64,000 bases of DNA from the NCBI RefSeq assembly GCF_022539665.2, contig NC_081331.1, positions 5,146,001 to 5,210,000 of the forward strand. The letters run 5' to 3'. The notes under the pieces are model-generated. The model worked only from the letters and a program-made list of their open reading frames with translations. It was not told where the DNA came from and did not search any database. The translations under genes and the position numbers were made by a program. This DNA comes from Daphnia carinata (lineage: Eukaryota). Positions 53,007 through 64,000 of the stretch are shown here, in pieces; within the stretch, counting starts at the first letter, position 1, and each line of letters begins with the position of its first letter.

Positions 53007-54637
53007 AATTGACACAGAAAGACCCGATACCCTCAATTAAATACCCCTCCTGCCTTCCCGAAACTTGCAATGAATCGATCGATTCTTTTTTCCTTAATCA
53101 GGAATGAGACCGATTGAAATTGATCATGAAATATTTATTTCGACTGTGTGATGATGTCGGCTGTACAGTGTTTTCGCGATATGTAAACCAGTCGTGAATA
53201 ATATACTTTTCTTATTATTCCCGCAAATATGTGACTAAAGCTTTATTTTGTCGCATCACATCCTGATACAAACAGGATTTTAAAAAACAATCCCGAATTC
53301 ATGCGTGTATGCATGAACGTAAAATGCCCATCGGATGGTCCGATGGCTCGAGCTTGATCACGTATCTTTAGGTTACAACCTTCTCCATCGAAATAGATAG
53401 CATCTCGTGTGATGAAAGAACTTTTTAATAGCCTGTACCTGTTGGTTTTGTAGCCAATTGTAAAGTAAACAAACATCGTCTTTATCCGAGGTGACGTATA
53501 CACCATACACCATGGCCAAAGATTCTATAAGATTTATGGACGTCAAAGGAACCGTATTATTATATTATCTAAGGTTGGGCACATGAGAAGAGTCACGTAC
53601 GCCAATTTTTGCTCCAGATAAACTGTAAACATGAGGTGGTAACATCTTTGCTCAGGGATTGTCTTAACTTGTCCTGTGTCCCTTAGTGAACGTTGTTTCA
53701 AAACGTGTTTATTTTGGCGTGTTATCAGTATAATTTGATCACATCAAGTGCTATGGAATTTGTGGCCTACAGGAATGAACAAAGCGGTTATTTAAAACAT
53801 AATGTGTTTCGTGTTTCCAAAGCGAATATTTTTTTAAGTTCCCGGCATAAAAATAAAAAAAGAAAATGTATGGTTGAAGCGGTTCATTAAACTCGATTAC
53901 GTTAAATAATACATTCAGTTTATTTCTGTAAAATCATATGGAATATTGCGTACGGGTCACCGAACTGTTTTATATTGTGCATTGGATTTAAAAAAAAAAG
54001 GAAAAGAAAAAAAAGAAAAAGGGGAAATTTTTAAGATGACCGTCATCCACAGGACAGCCCTTCGTAATTTAAAGACGAATAACCCGTCATTATTAATAGT
54101 TCTTTTTGCGGGTCCAATCGTGATTAAATTACTTTAAATATAAAATATCCGTAAATGTACCAACACGTAACATATGATACCACATTTGCTTTTAAATTCA
54201 AAACGTGACAAGCTCCAATGCGGTTGTCACGGGTAACGCAGAAAAGATTACATTCACTAATCGGTAGAGGTAACACCGCGCTGAATGAGTAAAACATTTG
54301 ATGTGAAATCGCATAAATATTACAACGCATCATCGAAGAAGAAAAGCGTGCGAGTTCCAGGTAAAACGTCGACTTCGACTCCCCAATCGATAATACATTT
54401 CATAAACAAAAATAACAAGAAGAAATAAAAACAGAATCAGTTTGGATTACACATTCATTGGGAGAGACGATACGTCTTCACGTCAGCCAATCGACAGATG
54501 ATTACATAATATTGAACTAAAATACACAATAACGTGTGAAATAACTCATAGATTAAAAAAAAAATCTGAATATGATATTTGTTTGAATGTGTTGAATGCA
54601 CAAATAAAATAACAAGAGTGAAAACAAAAACAAAGGC

Positions 54638-57195
54638 TCAAACGCAAGTAATGGTACCAACGGCTAGATGATTATCTGCGGTGGATGAACCCATTAATGC
54701 AGAGGCTTCGCCTCCCGCCGTACAGCTAAGAGCGTGGACGCTTTCTTCCGTCTCTTCACGTAAGACGAGCGTCTGCAGATCCATGGCGCTCTTGACGCGA
54801 CGAGCCGCCGTCATGAAATGAGCCGTGGCGAACACGACAACCGAATTCTGCCTCGGCCGCTGCTGATGTTGATGATAATACGGATCGCCAACTGATCCGA
54901 TTCCGTCTCCGTAGAAGGGCAATCCTGGTGATAAACAAGACGATGACGATCCGTGATGATGACGTGCCGAATGAGTTGGATGGTGGTGTACGAAGATACC
55001 AGAAGGCGATGCCGATGGTCTCCGCCTTCCGGATGAGAGAACTGATTGTTGGTGGTCGGCCGTTGGATGATCGCAGCAGCCCGATGCCGAAATGTTCATA
55101 CGAGAGTGATGATGTAGTCGTGACTGTTCCATTGTTAGAAAAAGAGAAAAATGGATTTGAAACATGTAGAACAAAATGTTGCCTCTAATTGATATTGTTT
55201 CTTTTTTGTGTTCTACCATAGAGCCTTGTAGTATATTATAGGGGGAGGGTGGGTAAGGCACAGGGCGTGTTTAAGATATAAAAGTATTGGCCGGAATCCC
55301 AAGTAGCTTTTTATCGACCCAATGGATTTTCCCCTTGGACAATTGCTGTCTGGTAGTTTACGCTGTACACACACACAGAAGAAAAGTTTGACTTGGTATA
55401 TCGATAGGCCTCAGTCAGGATGGATGAAATGAATTATTGACTCGACATGTGTGGTCAATCGACTCGATATAGGCGTTTCTCTAGTCACGCGTTCGATACA
55501 TCCATTAGCTGTGGGGAGAAATAACGGGGGAGGATCAGTTCCTGCTGTTCTATTTCAAGGGTTTACGAGAGTCTTGGCACATTGAGAATTTTATCGGATG
55601 TTATTAGCATACGTAACGTGAAACCACTAAAAATGCGAAAGAAAATAAAACAAACGGACGAATTTAAAAAAGAAGAAGGCATCTTGTGAAATGGATTAAG
55701 GAAATTGTAGTATTTGCATAAGATTCAGTTGTGTATTCTTCTACGCAAATTAAACGAGTTTGAACCGCAAACAAAACTGTTTTTATTTGTTTGGTTTTAT
55801 AAGCCGCCAGAATGACGTTGAAATTTCAGCATCAAATTCATTTCGATTCAAGTGGATTGATGCCAATGCCTTGTTAACGGCTCTGAAACGTGTTTACTTT
55901 GCGTTTACGAATTTTAAAGGAAGGGGGGGGGGCGAACGGAAACGAGCAAAAAAATGCGTGGGCATGGGATTTGAAAGAAATATGAGATACGGCGTCAGCC
56001 TGAAAACTATGAATAATTTGACTAATTTCCTCGCGCAAATGACATTTTTAGTTTGCTGACTTCCTTTGTTCAAATGGCGGACGGCGATTGTACGCGTTCC
56101 CTGTTAGTGCCCTAAATTTTCAAAAGGCCTAGAGAAACAGGTCGATAAAGCCTTTAACGTTTCAGACGTTTACGAGGACAACCTCTCGCTAACGAAGCAG
56201 AACATCCAAAGCTCTCTTGCATATCCGCCATCAGAACATTGCACGCAAGTGGAAGCCTGAGATTTTGCAAAATCAGATTAGTAGTACCTCGTATAGAATT
56301 TTGTTTTTGTTCACCAAACTCTTTGCTTTATCCCTCTCTGTCCTGCACGTGCACACTAAAACGGATTTAAAGTTGAGCTACTTCAAACTTCTTCGTGAAA
56401 AATAAAAGTTCGGTCCAAAAAATAGTACGCTGCAAAACTGCAGCTATACATCAGTTGCGTAAAGTGTTCGAAACTACGCGTATCGCGTTGCGACAAACAA
56501 GTTCAATATACGTTTGGCTGACATTAATTTGATTATGAATTGATCTCTTTGATGGTTGTCCATGTTGAAAAAAAACGCGAGGTTAAAAAAAGACTAATTT
56601 CTATATGATATAAACAAGCTTAAACATTTACCGTGTGAGCGAGCTCAATCATTGGATAAGAGGGCCGATGTGGCGCTGTGGACATGACCAAAGGAGCGCC
56701 TGTTCCAGCTGCTGCGATCGGTGCAAGAGATCCACGAGGAGCATCAATGAATTTCGGTTGGTACGGCTCCAGCATGCGAATTTTGCCCCATCGATTAAAG
56801 AAAAGTGCAACGGCTCCGACCCAAAGAAGCAAGACCAGTAGGACAAGGCCTATCTCTTCAGCACGGACGTTCAATCCACTCGGCGTGGCCATTTCACTGT
56901 CATTGACCGATGGATAGGCCGGCGAAGGGATTGCGTCAGGGTCGTATTCTAACGGTGGGGGACCTCCGGACGCTTCGATTATCATACTGGCGTAGTTGTT
57001 GTGATTCTTGCTCAGCGACGGGAAAATCGGAAGGACCGATGAGCCTGGATACGGAGGTGGATGCAGCCTTTCCGGATATAAACTATTCCGGTGGGTTGGG
57101 TATCCAGCGCCGTCGGCGATGGGTGGCGGAGGAGGATCGTACAGCGAAGAAAGCAATGGATTCTTCATGTTCCGAAATTTGCCAAAAGTTTCAGT
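54638..57195 (-). CDS. Single-pass membrane protein with an FNDC4/FNDC5 C-terminal-like (DUF4808) TM/juxtamembrane motif (exons 56632-57195, 54638-55123; 5' end uncertain, possible ATG at 57168)
   Basis: VRAEEIGLVLLVLLLWVGAVALFFNRWGKIRMLEPYQPKF resembles the FNDC5 TM region (LRTGEVLIIVVVLFMWAGVIALF). A phase-0 intron joins a His/Ser-rich tail with RQNSV and RRVKSAMDL. Confidence 0.75.
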
Positions 57196-60100
57196 CTGTA
57201 AATAAACAAATTAGTTTTTATTATTGAATGAAATGAAACTTTAGGAGCTCGTATTTGATGTAATCCTTTTATTTTATTAAAATGATTCTGAGCGCATTTT
57301 ACGGCTGAGTGCTTCTTGATGTGAATGGTATGCAGATGCAAGAGACTTTGATATATTGAGTTGATACATGTTGATGAGATTAAATGGACGTCGGGAGCTC
57401 ACCGTGTTTTCCCGCTCTCGTTTCGATTGGAAGAAAAATCGTGTTGCTATTCAAGTATAGAACGCAATTTGAATTTGAAGCATTCTCGGTATATGGAATG
57501 ATACTCTCCGTCCATTTTATTTTTCTTTTCCTCAATCCATAAAAAACAACAAATGTGAGACTTTTTTTTTTAGTTTATGTAACGAGATACGGTTTAAGTT
57601 TCTTGACATTTGGAAAAGAAGTAAACAGAATGCACTTTGTATGCACCAGCCCATTATAGTAAATTGGGTCGAAGTATATGTTCTTTCTCTCTGTACAAAT
57701 TCTTGTGTGATAAGTTTAGTTCGCTTCTCTGTGTGATACGTAGTACTTTCGTTTTTAACGAGGTCAATGTTGAAGGAACGAAGCCTGCTTCTTCTGCTTC
57801 GGGGCATGGATTGAGCCACAAAAGTTTCCTCTTTCGTTATAGTTAGTGTATCGTTACAGCCGTCTAAAGTGCCCGTCGGGGGCAAAAATGAAAACTGTAG
57901 TTAGGATTTCACGTAGTTATTATTATGTTCATTTCATTCTTCGTAGAATGACTAATGGACAAATTGTTCGTCAGAAATAAATATACAAAAACAGCTGAAT
58001 GCAAATTATCGTTAGAGTCAATCACAAAGAGCAGCAGAGTTTCTAAAGGCGATGTGATTTTTTTTTCGAAATGACTCATATGTGGCTCATTTGCATGTTA
58101 ATGAGGCACAGTTTAAAAGAGAAGAGATCGTCTTTTTCTACTTTTGTGCATGGCGCGAATTTGTGGGGGGTGGGAGAGAAAAAACAGAAACGATCTCCCA
58201 ATATTTAAATTTAAGGAAACCTTATATTCATGAGCTGTAGCTTGCCGCATACACTGTACATGAGTAAACTTTCAATTTCTCAGGGGGGAAAAAATTTGCA
58301 TGTTTTCCCCCTTATTGTCTATTATTTAAATCCTTTCCTCGAAGCAGAATGTTTGCAAACTTGTTTCACCAGCACAACATTATTGGAACACAAATGAAAA
58401 AAGGGAAACAATTCAATTATGGCCGATCCGTTCTTGTGTATATTTTTAAACTCAATTGCAAGGTTCATTAGGATTCAGTTTACGTTCCGTCAATAGTGCA
58501 AGGCATTGTCTTTTTTTTCTATCTCATCTCTCTTTTACCCCGAGCTGCAAGACTAAACAGGAAGGAATTGAGTTGACAATACGCACAAATATATTTTTCG
58601 TTTCTCCGTTGTGACGTTCGATTCTTGGAATAAGAGGCAAGTGGAACTCACGTTGTGCCTTTTCCCTAATCGTGCGACAGAAAACTTTGGATTGGATTCA
58701 TCCCATATTCTCTGCATATACTGTACATATTAAAACTCAGTCGATTATAACAAAAGTTCGCATTTTTTTCTTGTTCTATTCGCTAGTATGTGGAATTGCT
58801 CGTAGTTACATACAAAAAAACACCTGTGTCCTTTGTTTTATGGAATGCATTTTTGCAGTCTGGAAATCGAACATCGTAGATGTTGCTAACAGACATAATT
58901 CGCCTTCGAATCACATATAACGGAAACAAGATTCCTGGGTTTCACCGTTGCGGTTGTCCAAGGTAAACAACAGTCTTCTTTGTAGTCCACCATCGTTTTG
59001 TTTATTTTGTAAAGTATTAAAAATAGAAGGTTTAGAGTCCTGGATACTGTAAATGTTTGAGTCAGTCGATCGGGGGTGCAAAGGCTGAAGGCAAACAGGA
59101 AAATCACGTTAAAACGTTGTCGGCTGCCTCGTTGTTGCTACATTCTATAGATAGGTTCAAACAAGGAGTGAGATAAGCAGTGTAAAGCGTGATTGACGAA
59201 AAACATATCTATAGCTCCGAACTGTCACGCTCTCAGACGTTAAGGTATAACTTCAATCATTGGAGTGAAAAACTCTGCATTAATGTATTAGATGCATGGC
59301 AAGTTTTCACGTTTCAAGCCGCTTGTGTATAACGAAAACTCTTCGTCATAATCAGGCGATGGTGTTGCTCAACAGACTAGACGATTAAAGTACGATTAAG
59401 CTGTTTGAAATCAGTTGAAAAAGTAAATATGTCAGAGTCTATTTCTGTAACGTTTGTAGCTGTGTGACTTCTATTGTTTAGTCTGAAATTTGCTAGAAAG
59501 CCGAATCGAATTAGAAGCTCGCGCTTGGAGCGGTTCCGTTAAATTGCTTGTTCGCACTTCTATTCGTTTTATTTTCTATTTTAGTTTTCAGCTTTTTAAT
59601 ACAAACGAGTTCTTGAAGGAACGTGCATTTGTACTGAATAAAAAGGACGTTAATGCTCTTGTTCTAGCAAAAGGACGATCGATTAAAAGTTGGAACAAAC
59701 GAAAACCCGTGTAACAATCAGAATTAGTAGAAAAGAAGTTAATTGGGATGCTTTCCGTGAACGCTAGCACAAAGTAACAAAGTCTGCAAACTCTTGGACT
59801 AAAAGGAAAATGGGTCCTTATCTCCAATCGGAAAGAGAACGAGTATCGATTCCCTTTTCATCCTGTTTCGTATATACAAAACAATGAGCAGTATGCGTAA
59901 TTAATCCTCATGTTCCAGCAGTTCGTCAACAGTTTGCCTGTTGCCAACAGCGTTAGTGTTTCTATAGTTACATAAAACACGGGTACAGTATGTAAATCCC
60001 TTGAGTAGTTGAATGTAAGCGCCAGTCCGCGGGACGCTAACGATCACAACGTTAATGAACGAGGGTCAAGAACAGAATAGTTTATAATCAAGTTGTATGC

Positions 60101-60434
60101 AATTCAAATGAAATGAAGGAAATTGGACTGTTCTCAGCAACATTTGTGTAACACTAGAGAAATAGACAGAAAAAGGTCCTCTCTAAAATTCGCAGATAAT
60201 TTACTTTATTTTACATAATAAGACTGACCTTACGTAACAGTCTTCGTTAGCCATTGGATAACGGCTCACGAATTACAACTCTGCGAACGTATCAGAATTA
60301 CAAACTAAAACGTTTCACTTTTTCGATTTATGTAGCGGAGTCTGATGGCTTGTACAACTCATACATTAAAAAGACGTTGGAATTGAACTTCACAATTTGG
60401 ATGGCTATTCAATACAAAGATTGGGCCATATCCC

Positions 60435-62243
60435 GTGAGCAAAAATCAGATCACCTTGAACAATACATTGCACTACGTGACAGATGCCGACAAGATAACA
60501 ACAGTTAAACACGAGACACTATGCGTTTGAATGTGTTATCAAGAGTTTGAAAGAAGTCACGTAGACCATTTTTTATTTCCTTTTGACTGCCCTACCACTA
60601 TTTAGTCCTCCTATTCAAATACGCCTTTGATAGAAGATGATTTTTGATACCTGTAGATCGCCACATAGAACGCAGTCAATGTAAACGATATTGTCGTATA
60701 TAAGGAACTCCATTTCCTGATGTTAGTCACATTGGAAAGTAGCAGCTTCTCAAAGCAAGTCATTCCCCAACTTCTCGCAAAGGTAAAAACAAAGTTTCTT
60801 AATTTTAATCTGAGAGACAATCGTATTAATTTGACTAAATGGTGATTATCATGTGACTGCCTTAGATGAAACTCTTCGCCATCGTCTCAGTCCTCGTTTT
60901 GGCAATTGGTGCATCCAGCGCCAAGAGTCTCCGTGGCAGTAAGTTATCTATTTTTCATCTTCTCTTTGCAATGTTCGTATTGTTTGGAAAATTAGATGCT
61001 CTATTCCAATCGATTGCAATGGAAATCTCGTTCATAAATTTTTCTATCCAGCTTCCATCGCCGACGATGAAATACTGACCCTGTCCAGAGACCTGCACAC
61101 CAACGATGTCAATGGAGTCACTCTCACATTGGACCTCCAAGGCCAGACCACAGCAGACAACATGGTAGACAACGCACCCGGCCGGTAAAAAATGCATTTT
61201 GTTAATATTCCATTGATGGACAACCTGCTTTATTAAACACGTTACAGACGATTCTAGATTGATTGTCAGTGATCCGATCCCCGACTTTGCCAAGCCAACT
61301 TTCGCTGCCGCCCAGGCTCTGTTCATCAACTACCAGAAGAACGTCACCATCCAGGACACGTTCACTCCTGAACAGTTGGCCGAAGAAATCGCTTTCATTG
61401 ACGCCATCATGGAGACCCGTGTGATGCAACAGCTTCACGCTTTCCTCGTTTCAAAAGGTAACCGATCCTACTACCTTTCCCACTATAATTCTTAAGTTTT
61501 AGAGCATGTAACAATTGAATTTTTAATTCAAATGAAAAACAGGTGATGCTAGCGCTGATGTTGTCCAATTCAAGCAATTTTTGAGTACCATCTGGTTCGG
61601 TCGCTGGTCTAATTTCGTCCCCGGTGTTATCGCTAGCAGTGGATGGGAGCACACCAACGTGTTTGAACGATTGGAAAACAACGCCATCGTCGGATTCCAT
61701 AGTTGGATCTACTTGTACAACGAAGAGGAAGATGGTGACTTGAACTATTTGGGCTACATCAATGCTATCGACACTGGCAGGACGACCGTCCTTTCCATGC
61801 CAGTCGACCTGTACGGAAGCACCAAGGCTTCTTCTGAATTCAATATGGGAGCTAGCCCCGAATTGGAACTCGCTATCGGCACCTTGTGCTTCATTGCCCG
61901 CCCCGATGTCCTTTGCCTCGTCCAGGGTTCATACGGAGTCCAGTTCACTTGGGGGGTACGCATACCATTACCTACAATGGAGTCACATACATCGAAGGGC
62001 TCACGTCCAACATTGGCTGCTTAATCTAACTACCATCCAACTCTTAAACGGACCTCTAAACCATTCGGAAACTAGGCAAATGTAAAACAGATCATTCTCT
62101 CCCCCCAGTTTAGAATTTTGTTCTAAGCATTAGTTGCTGCCTAGTGAAATATTTATTTCGACTGTGTGATGATGTCGGCTGTACAGTGTTTTTGCGATAT
62201 GTAAACCAGTCGTGAATAATATACTTCCCTTATTATTCCCGCA
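60435..62243 (+). repeat. Duplicated block, copy 2 (paralogous to ~51440-53225)
   Basis: Direct alignment with copy 1, e.g. identical GGTGATTATCATGTGACTGCCTTAGATGAAACTCTTCGCC around the start codon. Confidence 0.9.
60866..62024 (+). CDS. Secreted EndoU-family endoribonuclease, copy 2, with an altered C-terminus
   Basis: Same exon structure and catalytic motifs as copy 1. Two small G insertions (61951-61956, 61997-61999) shift and then restore the frame near the end. Confidence 0.85.
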
Positions 62244-64000
62244 CTCACATCGTTGACTACAATAATGTCTCTTCGCACCGCTTTGAACGAAAGAATTCTT
62301 CATTGTACAGTTTCCTCAGAAGATGTCTTACAAATGTAGCGTATCCTCGACAACGCATGGGGGAACTTCTCATAAAACATAAAGCCGTTGATCCGTAATA
62401 TCACCGGTATGCCAATATGAAGCCTCGTGTAGAACTCTTCGTACTCTATCCGTATACTATCATATCATCATCATATCATGTCGTTCATCTGTTTCTCTCT
62501 TTCTATTCATAGTAATATTGAGTTTACTTTCATTCGAGTTCCCCAACAGCATTTCCTTGATATCCCTCCTCTTCAGAAAATAACTCCAGCACGTAAGCTT
62601 TCCTTCAACTCAATAAGCTGTTACGTATAAGATACTGTTGCTGTTCGCTTCCGTTCGTGGTGAATTGGGCGCCTGTTTCGGTAAGACCAGCACGTCCCAG
62701 CATCTGTGTAACCTTCAACAAACATCGTCACGTCAAACAATAAAAAAAAAGAACCAAAAACAAAAGACTGAACTGAGGATACAAGAGCATGAGCAGACCC
62801 TCTCTGTGTCGATCGGAGTCAGACATATGGTCTTCCATTCTCACGTACTGTACATATATATTCCCTGATGCGAAAGAATATATACGAGACAGGCAAAGAA
62901 AACGATCGACGAGAAGAGATATACGCTGTACTATCATACACGTAGCACGGTTATGATTCTAGAGCTAATCGATATTGCAAGCCGCTCGTATTCCCCATAG
63001 CATCTGTGCTTCTCTGGTGAAAAAGGGAAAATTCCCTAGCCGTCGTTCATCGTTTATTTATATGGGATAGACACATAACGAAGCGGTGCCGAGACGATGG
63101 CCGATTGTCCTAATAATTCTTTTCTCGCTGACGCAAAGCATAAAACTGGGCCGTATCCGGAACGAAGGGAAAATATTGACACTGTGTATAAAGATTTTGT
63201 CCTTGTGCTTCCCTCCTTTCCTTATATTTAAAAATTAAAGCTTCTCGTTTGCTATTGGAGACATGCCAGCAAGAGGAAATAGAAAAATGGGGCGCATTTC
63301 AAAAATCGCTTTATCAAGTTGTGACACGTTTCGAACCCACCAGCAAAAAACTCAGATGACAGACTGAAGAATCATTGCATTTTTGCTTCCGATTGACCTA
63401 GCGCCTTCGTTCACAGTGGTAACGATCCCAGAGTACTGTAGGGGATAAAGATAAGTGTGGATGGTCAATATCGATGCCCACGGAGACGTTGGGTCACATC
63501 GATCATCATTGCTGAATATGCATCAGTTCTACCCCCCGATGTCTCCTTCTCGATAGGCCAACTCTTTTTGCTTGCGTCCTTCGTCACACACTCACGCTGC
63601 TTTGTTTTTGTAAAGAGAAAAAAAAACTTGAGGAGAGTGGCTTGTATGAGGAGAACATACAGCGCTAGGGGACAATGTAACCTCGTGTAGATTTTCTCAG
63701 CTCGGCAAAAGTATATAGAGTGGCTTACGTATAAAAAATCGTGGCGGTGAATCTTTAAGAAAAACATAAGAAAAAAGCGGTCTGAGATGTGCGAGGATAC
63801 ACACAAGAAAAGCCTTGGACTTTCTTATACGTTCGATAAAAACGTATAGCGCTAACCTGAAAGGCATGCAACAAGATTGAGAAATCCTCTGATTTCCCAT
63901 TCCATCATGTATTCCGGCCATGGCGTTATGGTTTCGTGAAAGAAAATAAGTCAATAGAAAAAAAAAAACTCCTTTCAAGGGTTTTCGGCTTGTGCGTGCT

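Larger units (their letters stand above)
51440..53225 (+). repeat. Duplicated block, copy 1 (paralogous to ~60435-62243; offset about 9.0 kb)
   Basis: Promoter, 5'UTR intron, all exons and introns, and a 99-bp 3' block align between the two copies. Confidence 0.9.

Noticed and set aside
53149..53197. C/D snoRNA or SECIS reading of the EndoU 3' hairpin (GTGATGA, ATGA...GA)
   Set aside because: No CTGA D box, no apical AA motif, and no in-frame TGA in the EndoU coding sequence.
57500..60400. Short ORFs of 60-120 aa in AT-rich non-coding DNA (also 5900-9200, 14000-17100, 43100-47900, 62300-64000)
   Set aside because: Low-complexity Phe/Lys-rich translations, often with non-ATG starts, no family motifs and no coherent splice structure.

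Overview
Eukaryotic, AT-rich, gene-dense DNA with many very short (about 55-100 nt) GT-AG introns. This and the gene content suggest a branchiopod crustacean such as Daphnia (inference). Exon structures were spliced by eye and protein families were recognised from memory; no search was run. Genes in order: GKAP1(-), SF3B5(-), COX5B(+), an orphan 297-aa gene(+), a GRAM-domain membrane protein(+), an MBOAT1/2-like acyltransferase(-), a PXA-PX sorting nexin (SNX19-like)(-), an RS/Btz-motif THRAP3/BCLAF1-like gene(+), a secreted protein with four exon-encoded 6-Cys repeats(-), COX7C(+, missing from the ORF track), ATF2/7(-), DLAT(+) with an intronic tRNA-Cys(GCA), a GALNT(-), a Dickkopf-3-like gene(+), and two copies of a secreted EndoU ribonuclease gene(+) on either side of an FNDC4/5-C-terminus-like membrane protein gene(-). 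The most notable items are the arthropod Dickkopf with nearby TCF/LEF-type sites, the signal-peptide EndoU pair (shared 3' stem-loop; compensating frameshift in copy 2), the protease-less clip-like repeat protein, and a tRNA terminator that also looks like a cryptic splice acceptor. No CRISPR, rRNA or autonomous transposon was seen.
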